Origin: Thermoproteota archaeon
GTDB taxonomy: Archaea; Korarchaeota; Korarchaeia; Korarchaeales; Korarchaeaceae
Length of the DNA: 64,000 nucleotides
Direction: 5' to 3'
Assembly: GCA_027492205.1 (NCBI GenBank)
Contig: JAOZFN010000011.1
Span: 129,123-193,122, forward strand
Position 1 is the stretch's first letter, and each line of letters begins with the position of its first letter. A model generated the notes under the pieces. It was given only the letters and a program-made list of their open reading frames with translations. It was not told where the DNA came from and did no database searches. Shown here one piece after another: positions 49,521 to 60,078 of this stretch. The position numbers were made by a program, and so were the translations under genes.

Positions 49521-49683
49521 CCGGGGTGTGGGGTCCCTTTCCCCAAGTCGGCGGGAGCGGCGGACTCGAGCGATATATCGATTGTTGAAAGATCGTAAAT
49601 CTCTAGGGTTCAGAATATTTATACATGATCGGCGGTTGGGGTTTTCGCTCCCGTCGCCCAGGCGACGGAGGGGAAGTGGAAGC

Positions 49684-50877
49684 ATGGGAGAGACGAGAGT
49701 GCTGATTCTGGGAGGCGGGGCCGTGGGGACCATGGTGGCCAACAAGCTGGCCAGGGACCTGAGGACCGACATCGCCAGGGGGAAGGTCAGCGTGACGGTG
49801 CTCGACAAGAGCCCCACCGCGGTGAACCAGGCCGGGTTCACGTTCGTCCCCTTCGGGTACTACACCGAGGAGGACCTGAAGAGGCCGAGGGCCATGCTCC
49901 TGAGCCCTCGGATTAGAGCCCTCGTCGGGCCCGAGGGGGAGGTCGTGAGGGTCGACCTGGCGAACAGGGAGGTCACGGTCAAGAGCGGCAGGAAGTTCAC
50001 CTACGACTACCTGCTCATCTCCACCGGCTGCACCCTCGACCCAAGCGCCGTTCCAGGCCTGAAGAACGACTTCAGCTCGTTCTACACCTCCATAGAGGAC
50101 GCCAAGCGGCTGGGGGAGAAGATAAAGGCCATTTCAGGCGGGAAGATCGTCGTGATGACGCCGAAGATGCCCATAGCCTGCCCTGGGGCCCCGGGTAAGT
50201 TCACCGTGATTTTGGACGACTACCTCAGGGGCGTGAAGCAGAACAGGGAGGACTTCGACATCACCTTCCTCTGGCCGGTCCCCAACATCGGGCCCCCGGC
50301 GTACAACGAGAACATCACGGAGAACTTCAAGGCAAGGGGGATAAGGGACGTGAGGGAGTTCCAGCTCGAGAGGGTGGACGAGGAGAGGAAGGAGGTGGTC
50401 TCCAAGGACGGCGAGAGGTACAAGTACGACCTCCTCGTCACGATCCCGCCGCACAGGGGGGTCAAGGCCCTCAAGGACTCCGGCATAACTGACGAGGACG
50501 GGTGGGTCCCCTCGGACAAATACACCCTCCAGTACCGGGGTCCGGCGGGGAACTACGACGAGGTCTTCGTGGCCGGAGACGCTGGGCCGAAGGAGATACC
50601 GAAGATGGGGGTCACGTCCCACTTCCAGGCGTTCGTGGTGGGGGAGAACATCCTAAGGGACATCAGGGGCGTGGGGGACATGGTCCTCTACAGGGGGCAC
50701 ATGGGGTGCCCGTACGTGGGAGGCGCGCCAACTCCAGCCAGCAGGGGCGCGGCGACCCTGGCGGTCTGGAAGTACGGAGTTCCGCTAGGTCCGTTCAAGC
50801 CGGCGAGGCTCGGGTGGAGGGTGTACAGGATGTACTACTACATCTTCTGGGACTCAACGCTTAAGGCCCTGATGTGA
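49684..50877 (+). CDS. FAD-dependent oxidoreductase, sulfide:quinone reductase-like
   Basis: ILGGGAVG, YDYLLISTG, IACPGAP, IPPHRG, VFVAGD, and a C-terminal Cys. ATG follows a GGAAG-like RBS. Confidence 0.85.
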   Translation: MGETRVLILGGGAVGTMVANKLARDLRTDIARGKVSVTVLDKSPTAVNQAGFTFVPFGYYTEEDLKRPRAMLLSPRIRALVGPEGEVVRVDLANREVTVKSGRKFTYDYLLISTGCTLDPSAVPGLKNDFSSFYTSIEDAKRLGEKIKAISGGKIVVMTPKMPIACPGAPGKFTVILDDYLRGVKQNREDFDITFLWPVPNIGPPAYNENITENFKARGIRDVREFQLERVDEERKEVVSKDGERYKYDLLVTIPPHRGVKALKDSGITDEDGWVPSDKYTLQYRGPAGNYDEVFVAGDAGPKEIPKMGVTSHFQAFVVGENILRDIRGVGDMVLYRGHMGCPYVGGAPTPASRGAATLAVWKYGVPLGPFKPARLGWRVYRMYYYIFWDSTLKALM

Positions 50878-50884
50878 TTGGGAG

Positions 50885-51268
50885 GTGTCCGTGATGGGAG
50901 AGCGAGAGTCCGAGGCTCTGGCCCTGAGCAAGGAGGACCTGGAGGCCCTGTCAGACCTGCTGAGCGTCTACCGAATGATGACGGACATGATGACGGATCA
51001 GCTGGTCAGCGAGTTCAGCAAGGTAGCGTCCGCGCTGTTCAAGCTACTAGACGGGATCGTCAGCACCGACCTCGTGGACGTGCTGGAGAGGGCCCTGCAG
51101 GACCCTCATCTCGACAAGGCCCTTATGGATCCGCCGAGGGTCGGACTCGGCGGGCTGATGGCCGCGATGAGGGACGAGGACTTCCAGAGGGGCCTGGGCC
51201 TGATGGTCGAGCTGCTTAAGGCGGTGGGAAGGGCGGCGAAGGACGTGTCCTCCTTCACCCGGGAGTAA
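50885..51268 (+). CDS. DUF1641 family protein
   Basis: PPRVGLGGLMAAMRDEDFQRGLG..LLKAVG motif; a usual partner of SQR-like genes. Confidence 0.85.
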   Translation: MSVMGERESEALALSKEDLEALSDLLSVYRMMTDMMTDQLVSEFSKVASALFKLLDGIVSTDLVDVLERALQDPHLDKALMDPPRVGLGGLMAAMRDEDFQRGLGLMVELLKAVGRAAKDVSSFTRE

Positions 51269-51354
51269 CCCCCTCACCCTCATTTTTGTGATCCTCCGGG
51301 TGGCAGGTGTCCCTCCGGTAAGGTAAATTTTGTCGATCCGATTGAAGCCGCTCG

Positions 51355-52611
51355 ATGGAGCCACTGCTGAGGGCGACGGTCTCGATAGGGATACTTGTCT
51401 TCGCAGGCAAGATGCTAGCTGGCCTGATGAGGTCGCTCAGGCTGCCTTCGATCCTCGGAGACCTGCTGGCCGGCATCGTCCTTAGCCCATACGCCCTAGG
51501 CGGCGGTGTGGTCATATTCGGTGAGCCCCTGGTCGTGGTGAACGAGTACGTCAGGGCGTTCGCGGAGATCGGCGTGATAATGCTGCTGTTCGCCGCCGGG
51601 ATAGAGATGGGGCTTACCAGTCTGAGGAGGACGGGCACCTTCGCCGCGTTGGTCGCCCTCAGCGGCGGCTTAATACCGTACGCCGCGTCCTTCGCGATCT
51701 ACCGGTTGATGGGCGAGGCCGCCGAGTCGGCCTTGATCGCCTCTACCGTGTTCATGGCGACGGGCGTGGCCATCACGCTTGAGACGATGAGGGAGATCGG
51801 GCTGCTCGGGAGCGAGGTAGGTGAAATCCTCGTTAACTCGGCGGTGATGAACGATATACTGGTACTCTCGGCCCTTGGAGTCGTCTTGGGGGCCGTGGAG
51901 AGTGGGGTAAGCCTGAGCCTGAGCTACGTGGTCGTGAGGGGCGCCCTGTTCGTGGGCGCGTGGCTTCTCGTGTTGGCCGCCGCCACGTTCCTCATCCCGC
52001 CCATCGTGGACCAGGCGGCTAGGCTGGGCGCGAGAGGGGCGGCTGAGACGGTTGCCGTTTCTCTCTGCTTCATCACGGCGTCAGGCGCTGGAGCCCTCGG
52101 GCTCAGCCCACTCCTCGGCGCCTACTCGGCCGGACTGGCGGTGGGCGAGGCCCGGAGCGAAGAGGACGTAGGAGAGTTCGTCGAAAGCCTCAGGCTGCTC
52201 TTTGGATCCCTCTTCTTCACCTACGTCGGCACGCTGGTCGATCCAAGACTGTTCCTAGATCCGAAGGTCGCCTCAACAACAATCCTGCTCTCAACGGTCG
52301 CCTTGGCCGTCAAGACACTCGCCTCAGCAGCGCCCGCGGCCCTGAGGTTTCCGGTGAGACAGGCTCTGTCCATCGGAATGGGGATGGTCCCCATGGGAGA
52401 CCTCGGACTGGTCGTTGCGAGCATGGCCATGCAGACGGGCGCGCTGGGCCCCAAGGAGTACGCGGAGCTGGTGGGGGTGGTCGCGGTCACGACGTTTCTC
52501 GCTCCCGCCTTGTTCACCCGAATGTGCTCGTACGCCAGGGCCGAACTCAGTCCTCAACGTGACGATCAGGTGGGAGTTGAGGCGGGCCCTGCTGGTGAAC
52601 GGCCTGAGTGA
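51355..52611 (+). CDS. Cation:proton antiporter (CPA2)
   Basis: LPSILGDLLAG, AEIGVIMLLFAAGIE, AVMNDI, and about twelve TM helices. Confidence 0.9.
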   Translation: MEPLLRATVSIGILVFAGKMLAGLMRSLRLPSILGDLLAGIVLSPYALGGGVVIFGEPLVVVNEYVRAFAEIGVIMLLFAAGIEMGLTSLRRTGTFAALVALSGGLIPYAASFAIYRLMGEAAESALIASTVFMATGVAITLETMREIGLLGSEVGEILVNSAVMNDILVLSALGVVLGAVESGVSLSLSYVVVRGALFVGAWLLVLAAATFLIPPIVDQAARLGARGAAETVAVSLCFITASGAGALGLSPLLGAYSAGLAVGEARSEEDVGEFVESLRLLFGSLFFTYVGTLVDPRLFLDPKVASTTILLSTVALAVKTLASAAPAALRFPVRQALSIGMGMVPMGDLGLVVASMAMQTGALGPKEYAELVGVVAVTTFLAPALFTRMCSYARAELSPQRDDQVGVEAGPAGERPE

Positions 52612-52639
52612 AGATGTGGGAGAAAAAGAAGGGAGGGGG

Positions 52640-54646
52640 TCAGAGGAAGAGGGGGGCGAAGGTCAGGGCCACTATGGTGATCAGCTTCACGAATATGTGC
52701 AGCGACGGTCCGGCGGTGTCCTTTAGCGGGTCTCCCACAGTGTCTCCAACCACGGCAGCCTTGTGGGCGTCGGAGCCCTTGCCGCCGTGGAGACCGGACT
52801 CGATGAGCTTCTTCGCGTTGTCAAGCGCCCCGCCCGCGTTGATCATGTACACCGCCAGCAGTCCGCCGACTATGGTCCCCCCGACTATGAAGGCCCCCAG
52901 GGGCTTGACGCCGAAGGCCGCGCCTACCAAGATCGGGGCCGCCAGCGTGATCAGGGTCGGCGGGATCATCTCCCTGAGGGCGTGCCTGGTGGATATGTCA
53001 ACCGCCTTGGCGTAGTCCGGCTTCGCCTTGCCCTCGAGGAGTCCAGGTATCTCCCTGAACTGCCTCCTGACCTCGGCGACCATCTCGCTGGCGGTCCTGC
53101 CAACGGCCCTTATTGCCATGGCCGAGAAGAGGAAGGCCAGCGTCCCTCCCAGTATCAGGCCGACGAGGATGTAGGGGTCGCCGATGTCAATGGCCACGGC
53201 TGACCCTCCGGAGCTTATGGACTGCAGGTAGGCGGCGAAGAGGACGAAAGCCGAGAGGACGGCGCAGGCCATCGCGTACCCCTTGGTGATGGCCTTGGTG
53301 GTGTTACCCACGGCGTCCAGCACATCGAGGCTAGACCTGATCTCGTCGCTCAGGCCGCTCATCTCGGCTATGCCGGCGGCGTTGTCGCTGATGGGGCCGA
53401 AGGTGTCGGAGGCCATGATGATGCCGGTGGTGGAGAGGATCCCCACGGTGGCGGCGGCTATTCCGTAGAGGCCCGCCAGGAAGTAGGCCGCGGCCACGAC
53501 GACGGAGATCACTATCAGGGGCAGGAAGGCGCTCTCGAGGCCGACTGAAAGGCCGGTGATGACGTTGAGCGCTGGGCCGAACCTGCTGGCGTCGGCTATG
53601 TCCCTCACAGGCCTGTAGCCGGTCCCCGTGTAGTACTGGACTATGAGGCCCACGAACAGGCTCGCGGCCAGGCCCAGAATGGCGGACTCAAAGAGCGCGG
53701 GGTCTCCTAGCATCCTGTCCGCCAGGAAGTAGAAGGCCACCGCGTTCAGCACCCCGGCGGTCAGCAGGGCCACGTTGATCGTCTTGACCGGGTTGTCGGT
53801 CTCCTCCCGGATCAGCAGGATGGCCACTATGGTCGAGAGGACCCCGAGGGACTCGGCCAGGAGCGGGAACAGCACGCCAGCCTCCCCGTACTTGGTCATG
53901 AACGCCAGGCCGAGGATCATCATGCCAATTATGTTGTCCGAGAAGGACTCGAACAGGTCGGCGCCACGTCCCGCGCAGTCGCCGACGTTGTCGCCCACCT
54001 GATCCGCGATGACCGCCGGGTTCCTGGGGTCGTCCTCCGGGATGCCGACCTCGACCTTGCCCACGAGGTCTGCGCCTATGTCGGCGGCCTTGGTGTATAT
54101 GCCACCCCCCAGCTGCGCGAAGAGTGCGGCCAGGCTGGCTCCGAGGCCGAACGGCACTATCGCCTCCAGGGCCGCCTCCTCTGCCCCGCCCAGGATGGTC
54201 TTGAACGCGGCGTAGAGCCCCCCTATGCCCAGCACGCTGAGGCCCACTATGGCGACCCCCATGACGGCCCCGCCCCAGAAAGCTATCCTGAGCGCCTTGC
54301 CCGGAGACTTCATGGCCGCGGCCGCGGTCCTGACGTTGGCCCTCGTGGCGGCGTTCATGCCGATGAACGCGGCGGTCAGCGAGAGGCCCGAGCCTATCAG
54401 GAAGGAGAGGGCCGAGAGGCTCCCCCTAGTCACCCCTATGACGACCGCGAGGGCTAGTATGAAGTAGGCGATGGTCGTGTACTGCCTCTTCATGTAGGCG
54501 TTGGCGCCCTCCTGGATGTAGGAGGCAATCTCCCTCATCTGCTCGGTGCCCGCGTCCTCGCGGGAGACGCTGTAGTACAGGAACTGCACGAAGGCCAGGG
54601 CGATCACGCCGATTATCACGGGAACCAGCTCCATCATTTTGGGCAC
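52640..54646 (-). CDS. hppA: Membrane pyrophosphatase, predicted K+-independent H+-pumping type
   Basis: GGGIYTKAADIGADLVGKVE, DNVGDCAG, FGPISDNAAGIAEM, GNTTK (Lys determinant), GDTVGDPLKDT. Confidence 0.95.
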   Translation of the reverse strand: MPKMMELVPVIIGVIALAFVQFLYYSVSREDAGTEQMREIASYIQEGANAYMKRQYTTIAYFILALAVVIGVTRGSLSALSFLIGSGLSLTAAFIGMNAATRANVRTAAAAMKSPGKALRIAFWGGAVMGVAIVGLSVLGIGGLYAAFKTILGGAEEAALEAIVPFGLGASLAALFAQLGGGIYTKAADIGADLVGKVEVGIPEDDPRNPAVIADQVGDNVGDCAGRGADLFESFSDNIIGMMILGLAFMTKYGEAGVLFPLLAESLGVLSTIVAILLIREETDNPVKTINVALLTAGVLNAVAFYFLADRMLGDPALFESAILGLAASLFVGLIVQYYTGTGYRPVRDIADASRFGPALNVITGLSVGLESAFLPLIVISVVVAAAYFLAGLYGIAAATVGILSTTGIIMASDTFGPISDNAAGIAEMSGLSDEIRSSLDVLDAVGNTTKAITKGYAMACAVLSAFVLFAAYLQSISSGGSAVAIDIGDPYILVGLILGGTLAFLFSAMAIRAVGRTASEMVAEVRRQFREIPGLLEGKAKPDYAKAVDISTRHALREMIPPTLITLAAPILVGAAFGVKPLGAFIVGGTIVGGLLAVYMINAGGALDNAKKLIESGLHGGKGSDAHKAAVVGDTVGDPLKDTAGPSLHIFVKLITIVALTFAPLFL

Positions 54647-54865
54647 CGCTCCGCCCCCTCAGAGGCCAATTTAACATTTTGTGAACCGGTGGGGCGTGAG
54701 GTTGTGTTTGGCCGCCCCGCTGAACGGACTATGCCTCGGGGGACTGCTGACGCTGATCAGACCTCTCGAGTTTGATCGGGGACGCTAGACAAGGTACCAA
54801 CAGCTTGGGCTCCCTGAGCAACCTCAACGACGTACAAGAGGGGAGCTGGGTCCCACCGGCGAGCG

Positions 54866-55240
54866 GTGGCAGCTCCTCAGGGCGATCAACGGCATAGGCA
54901 TCTTGGTCTTCCTGGCCAAGCTGCTGGCCGGACGTTCAGGGCGTTCAGGTTGCCGCCGGTGCTGGGCGAACCCGTGGCGGGGGTATATTCGGCCCATACG
55001 CCCTGGGCGCCGGAATACGGATCTTCGGTGAGCCCTTGGTCGTGGTGAACGAGTACGTCAGGGCGTTCGAGGAGATCGGCGTGATAATGCTGCTGTTCGC
55101 CGCGGGGGTGGAGATGGAACTCACCAGCCTGCGAAAGGCCGGACCGCCCTCTCTCTTGACAGCCCCAGGAGGAGTCCTCCCACTTACCGCGGCGTACTAC
55201 GGCCACGCGGCCATGGGAGATCACCAGCCGTGTTGAGGCT
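54866..55240 (+). pseudogene. Degenerate 5' copy of the CPA2 antiporter gene
   Basis: 55024-55103 matches 51517-51596 at 78/80 nt. The flanks are frameshifted and more diverged. Confidence 0.85.
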
Positions 55241-55465
55241 TCCACCGAGGGAGGCCCCAGCCCTCTGCATTGGAATGACCCCGCTCGAGAGCTGGGACCA
55301 ATAGTAGCCTCGCTGGGTCTCGTGACCGAGGTCCTGAACGAGATCGCCTACGCCGGGCCTGTGGGCAGTCCGCCCCCGCCGCATTCCTAGCCCGCTCAGG
55401 GAGAGAGGGCCAGGCGAGACTCAGGGACTCCCGGTTACGCGACTCAGGCTCTCCCCTCAACCCCC

Positions 55466-56149
55466 TCAGGGTACCTCCCCGGGCAGGCTAAGCCTCACCA
55501 CAAGAACCGATAGAACGTCCGTGGCGTCCTCGCACAGATCCGCCGCGTACTCCACCTCATTAATCACGTCGTTGAGCAGGATGGCGAACCTCATCGAGCC
55601 GGACTTGGGCAGCCTGCCCTTCGCCTGGTAGTAGAGGAGGTCTATCTCGTGCTCGATGGATTCAACGCGCTCGATTTGAGCCCTGGCGTCTTCGAGCGAG
55701 GAGTTTACCGACCTTATGGCGGCGGCCACGGCCCCCGTCTCCTCGGCCAGCCTCCCGACCATGTCGGCGAGGGTCCCCCTGAGATCCTCGGGAACCACCT
55801 CTCCGGCCTCCAGGGCCACCCTTATGGCGAGCGCGGTGTTCTTTATCTGATCGATGATGAGATCGGTTCTTCTTGCCAGTCTGGCCAGCATCTCGGCGTC
55901 TCTGGCCGGGACCTCTGACCTGGAGAGCCTGGCCAAGATCTGCCTGCGGAGGGAGTCTCCCTCTTCCTCGATGGAGGATATCCTTTCGACCCCCGACTCC
56001 ACGGCCGAGGAACCGGCTGACTCGAGCGCCTCAACCACCCTGGCGAGTTCCCTCGCGGCGTCTCTCCCCTTGAGAGCCAGGTCGGCGATCGACTCCAGGA
56101 TCGAGGAGGAGGCGCTCCTCCTGAAGTAGTCCATGTACCGGTCGGCCAT
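55466..56149 (-). CDS. DUF47 (PhoU-like) phosphate transport regulator
   Basis: IEEEGDSLRR and IEHEID..., EYAADLCED. Confidence 0.85.
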   Translation of the reverse strand: MADRYMDYFRRSASSSILESIADLALKGRDAARELARVVEALESAGSSAVESGVERISSIEEEGDSLRRQILARLSRSEVPARDAEMLARLARRTDLIIDQIKNTALAIRVALEAGEVVPEDLRGTLADMVGRLAEETGAVAAAIRSVNSSLEDARAQIERVESIEHEIDLLYYQAKGRLPKSGSMRFAILLNDVINEVEYAADLCEDATDVLSVLVVRLSLPGEVP

Positions 56150-56200
56150 CCCCGCACCACCCTCCCGGTCTGATTAAACCTCGGCGGCGCGCGGCCCCGT

Positions 56201-57262
56201 TCACTCTATCGCGAGCGCCCGCGCGAGGCCCTCCCTGGGATAGGGGAAGACCCTGTACCTCCCGATGGAGAGCCTGACCCTGTCCCCCTCCTGCACCCCT
56301 GGATCTCCTGGTAGAACCACCCGGACCACCTCTCCGCCCCGCAGCACCACCTCCAGCCTGTACATGCCTCCCAGATAGCTCCTGAGCTTCACCCTCCCCT
56401 CGAGGGGTCCACCGTCCAGCGTGACCTCCTCGGGCCTGAACCCGACCACCACGAGGTCTCCCTCCCTGAGGTTGGAGCCCGGGGGCAGGTCCACGGAGGG
56501 CCCGGCGTGGAGCTCCACCTGCCCGCGCCTGACGGACCCCACCAAGAAGTTGGCCTCCCCGACGAAGTTCATCACGAAAAGGGTCTTGGGTCGCTCGTAG
56601 AGCTCCCTGGGAGTTCCGACCTGCTCTATCCTGCCGGCCCTCATCACCGCCACCCTGTCGGAGACGGCCATGGCCTCCTCCTGGTCGTGGGTGACGTGGA
56701 GGGCGGTGAGCCCCCTCGACTTCACCAGCTCCCTGAGTCTCGCCCTGAGTTCCGCGGCCGCCTTCGCGTCCAGCGCGGACAGGGGTTCGTCCAGCAGCAG
56801 AACCCTGGCGTCTGACGCAAGGGCGCGCGCCAGGGCCACCTCCTGCATCTCGCCCATGCTCATCTCCTCGGGCCTGTCCTCCGGCCTGGCCCTAGCTCGG
56901 ACGGCCTTGAGGGCCTGTCTCCCAACCTCCCTAGCCCTGGCCACCGGCAGGCCCCTGACGCGCGGCGAGTAGGCGGCGTTCCCTAGGGCGGTCATGTGGG
57001 GGAACAGGGCTATGTTCTGGAACACCAGGGCGACGCCGCGCTCTTCGGGGGGCAGGCGAAGGATCGACTCCCCGTCGAAGAGGACGTCCCCCTCGTCGGG
57101 GGTCTCGATGCCCGCGACGAGTCGGAAGGTGGTGGACTTCCCGCAGCCGCTAGGCCCAATTATCCCAACGTACTCCCCGTCCCCAACCAGCAGGTCGACC
57201 CCGCCCACAGCCGTGACCCTGCCGTATCGCTTGACAAGCCCCTTCAGCCTTATCTCAGGCAC
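56201..57262 (-). CDS. ABC importer ATPase (PotA/FbpC-like, TOBE)
   Basis: GPSGCGKST, ALFPHMT, degenerate signature MSMGE, THDQEEA. Confidence 0.92.
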   Translation of the reverse strand: MPEIRLKGLVKRYGRVTAVGGVDLLVGDGEYVGIIGPSGCGKSTTFRLVAGIETPDEGDVLFDGESILRLPPEERGVALVFQNIALFPHMTALGNAAYSPRVRGLPVARAREVGRQALKAVRARARPEDRPEEMSMGEMQEVALARALASDARVLLLDEPLSALDAKAAAELRARLRELVKSRGLTALHVTHDQEEAMAVSDRVAVMRAGRIEQVGTPRELYERPKTLFVMNFVGEANFLVGSVRRGQVELHAGPSVDLPPGSNLREGDLVVVGFRPEEVTLDGGPLEGRVKLRSYLGGMYRLEVVLRGGEVVRVVLPGDPGVQEGDRVRLSIGRYRVFPYPREGLARALAIE

Positions 57263-58349
57263 CCACCAACACCTCCCTGACCTCCGGGAACCTCTCGAGC
57301 TCGCTAACTTCGAAGAGGAGGACGTGCTCGGGCCTGATGGCTACGGTGACCTCCCTACCCTCGGAGATCCGCGGGACGAGCGTTGAGGGAACGTCGGCCA
57401 CGAGCTCTACGCCTCCGGCCATCAGCCTGAGCCTGGTGAACCCGCCCAGGAACCTCGCCTCCAGCACGCGGGCCTTGACGGTCCCGGGGCCAGCTCCATC
57501 GGGCGAGATCCTCAAGAGCCTGGACCTGACGGCCACCACCACCTCCCCGCTCGCTGGACGGGAGGACCTGAGCTCGAGCTCGCCTATCCTGACCCTGGTC
57601 CACTCGCCGTCAGGCTCGGCCGTACCCAGGGTCAGCGTGCCCTCACCCACGAAGTAGGCCGTGAAGAGGGTCTTCGGCCTCTCGTACAGGTCCACCGGCG
57701 TACCGACCTCCACGAGCTCGCCGGATCTGAGCAGGGCAACCCTGTCCGCCACGCTCAGGGCCTCCTCGTAGTCGTGGGTGACGTGGACGGTGGTCATCCC
57801 GAGGGCCTTCGCCATCTCCCTGATCTCGTACCTCAGCCTGAGCCTTAGGAGGGCGTCCAGCGCGCGGAGGGGCTCGTCCAGCAGGAGGACGTTTGGGGAG
57901 CTCGCCAGGGCCCTGGCGAGGGCGACCCTCTGCTGCATCCCCCCACTAAGTTCCCTGGGGAGCGCGTCGGCCCTCTCGAGCAGGCCCACCGACTCGAGCA
58001 TCTGCCTGCCGACCCTCACCACGTCCCCGCGCGGCCAGCCCCTCACCTCCGGGCCGAAGGTCACGTTCTCCCAGGCCGTCATGTGGGGGAAGAGGGCGTA
58101 GCCCTGCGGCATGTATCCCACCCCCCTCTCCTCGGGTGGGAGGGCCGTGACGTCTCGGCCGCCTATCAGGACCCTGCCCGAGTCGGGCCTCACCACCCCT
58201 GCGACCACGTTGAGGAGCGTCGTCTTCCCAGCCCCGGTTGGGCCGAGCAGGCACAGGTACTCCCCGTCCCCCACGGATAGCGTCACGTCCCTCAGTGCCT
58301 GCACCCGGCCGAAGCGCTTGCTCACCGCAACGAGCTCGAGGTCCGCCAT
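57255..58349 (-). CDS. ABC importer ATPase (PotA/FbpC-like, TOBE)
   Basis: GPTGAGKTT, LSGGMQQR, LDEPL. Confidence 0.93.
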   Translation of the reverse strand: MADLELVAVSKRFGRVQALRDVTLSVGDGEYLCLLGPTGAGKTTLLNVVAGVVRPDSGRVLIGGRDVTALPPEERGVGYMPQGYALFPHMTAWENVTFGPEVRGWPRGDVVRVGRQMLESVGLLERADALPRELSGGMQQRVALARALASSPNVLLLDEPLRALDALLRLRLRYEIREMAKALGMTTVHVTHDYEEALSVADRVALLRSGELVEVGTPVDLYERPKTLFTAYFVGEGTLTLGTAEPDGEWTRVRIGELELRSSRPASGEVVVAVRSRLLRISPDGAGPGTVKARVLEARFLGGFTRLRLMAGGVELVADVPSTLVPRISEGREVTVAIRPEHVLLFEVSELERFPEVREVLVGA

Positions 58350-58350
58350 C

Positions 58351-59940
58351 TCACCTCACCCTCGCCGCCTTCCTGAGCGCGTAGATCACCGCGAACGACA
58401 CTCCACCAAGCAGGAGCGTGGCCAGGCCCGCGAGGTCCATCCTGCCAGTCTTCACCAGCCCGACTATGTACACGGGAGCGGTGATGGCCTCTGGGTACAC
58501 CGCCAGCGTGGCGCCCGTCTCGTTCAGGCTCCTTGCGAACGCCAGGACCGCGCCGGCCGCGACGGAGGGCTTGATGACCGGGAGGACCACCCTCCTGAAG
58601 GTCACCGACCCGTCGGCGCCGAGGGTCCTGGCGGCGGCCTCCAGGCCCGAGTCCATCGAGTGGAGGGCGGCTATGAGGTTCCTGGCCACCAGCGAGAACG
58701 TGAAGCTGACGTGGGCCAGCCCGACCAGAAGGAGGCCAGGCGCCCCGGGTACGAGGCCGGTCCAGAACAGTCCGAGGCTGAAGCCCAGGGCCGCTGTCGG
58801 CACGAGGAGGGGGACGTCGACGAGGCTGTCCAGGAGCGTGGAGGCGGCGTGCGGGAGCTTTCTGGTCACCAAGATGGCCAGGGGGACGGCGAAGATCAGG
58901 TCGAGGACCGTCACCCCCGCCGCCACGAGGAAGGACCTGCCCACCGACAGCCAGAAGCCAAGTGGGACGCCCACCAGGGTTGCTGAGGAGGCCACGAAGA
59001 AGGAGGGGAGGATGAACGCGACGAGGGCGAAGGCCCCGGAGGTCAGGTCCCTCAAGTCTGGAAACGGCGGCCTGCTGAGCCTGTCCTCCAGCGAGCGGAG
59101 CACCCTCCCCTCCGGGAGGCTGAGCCTCATGCCCGCCTCCTTGAAGGCGTAGAGCAGGGCGAGCGAGGATGCCATCATCAGGAAGCTCAGGAATGCGGCC
59201 GCCGGGAGCAGGGTCGGGACGAGCGAGGGATCCTGCTTCATGAGGGACTTCCAGTACCCTATGAGGACCGACGCGTTCTTCTGCTCAAGTCCGAGAGTCA
59301 GGAGCAGGACCGTGGCGCCTCCCGTCTCGCTCAGGGCCTGCGCGAACGACAGGAGCGAGCCGGCGACTATCCCCGCCCTGGCCAGAGGGACCGTGACCGT
59401 CCTGGTGGCCGTGAGGGGAACGGCCCCGAGCGTCCTCGCCGCCACCTCGTAGGTGTAGTCCACCTCCTCCAGTGCCGAGGAGATGCTCCTCACCATGTAC
59501 GGAAACGTGATGGCGACCTGGAGCGCGGTGAGGCCGAGCAGCGGGTCCGCGAGCTGCGTCAGAGCCATCCAGTAGAGGGCGACTGAGAGGCCCCTGGCGG
59601 ACGTCGGAACGGACATCGGGATGTCGAGGAGGGTGTTAACTACCCTCTTGCCGGGGAAGGGCCTCTTGACCAGCGCCCATGCCAGGGGGAGCCCGAAGGC
59701 GAGGTCGACCAGAGTCGTCAGGGTCGCGACCTTGTAGGAGAGCAGGACGGCGTACCTGACCTGGGAAGATATCTCAGGCCTCGAGAGAACCTCTCTGACG
59801 GCCGACCATCCCGAGATTACGTATCCAAACACGTAAGTCGGCGGCAGGAGGACGACGAAGAAGAAGAACCCCAAGGCGGCGGCGTACCACGCCCAGCGGA
59901 GTGGCGTCAGCCGCGACAGCCTTGAGAGGGCCGAGTCCAT
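58351..59940 (-). CDS. Fused two-domain ABC permease (CysT/ModB/FbpB-like)
   Basis: Two EAA loops (YEVAARTLGA, LEAAARTLGA) and two AxxLxETGAT motifs. Confidence 0.9.
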   Translation of the reverse strand: MDSALSRLSRLTPLRWAWYAAALGFFFFVVLLPPTYVFGYVISGWSAVREVLSRPEISSQVRYAVLLSYKVATLTTLVDLAFGLPLAWALVKRPFPGKRVVNTLLDIPMSVPTSARGLSVALYWMALTQLADPLLGLTALQVAITFPYMVRSISSALEEVDYTYEVAARTLGAVPLTATRTVTVPLARAGIVAGSLLSFAQALSETGGATVLLLTLGLEQKNASVLIGYWKSLMKQDPSLVPTLLPAAAFLSFLMMASSLALLYAFKEAGMRLSLPEGRVLRSLEDRLSRPPFPDLRDLTSGAFALVAFILPSFFVASSATLVGVPLGFWLSVGRSFLVAAGVTVLDLIFAVPLAILVTRKLPHAASTLLDSLVDVPLLVPTAALGFSLGLFWTGLVPGAPGLLLVGLAHVSFTFSLVARNLIAALHSMDSGLEAAARTLGADGSVTFRRVVLPVIKPSVAAGAVLAFARSLNETGATLAVYPEAITAPVYIVGLVKTGRMDLAGLATLLLGGVSFAVIYALRKAARVR

Positions 59941-60078
59941 CCTGACCGCCGCAGTCTCACCCGCACAGGTAAAAATGATTCATCTGTGAGGTCCACGGTG
60001 CTGGTATTGTATGGAGAACATGTAGAATGGGGCGGCCGCCTTTTTCAGTTGTCACATCAAACCCGGCCGGGTGATGCG

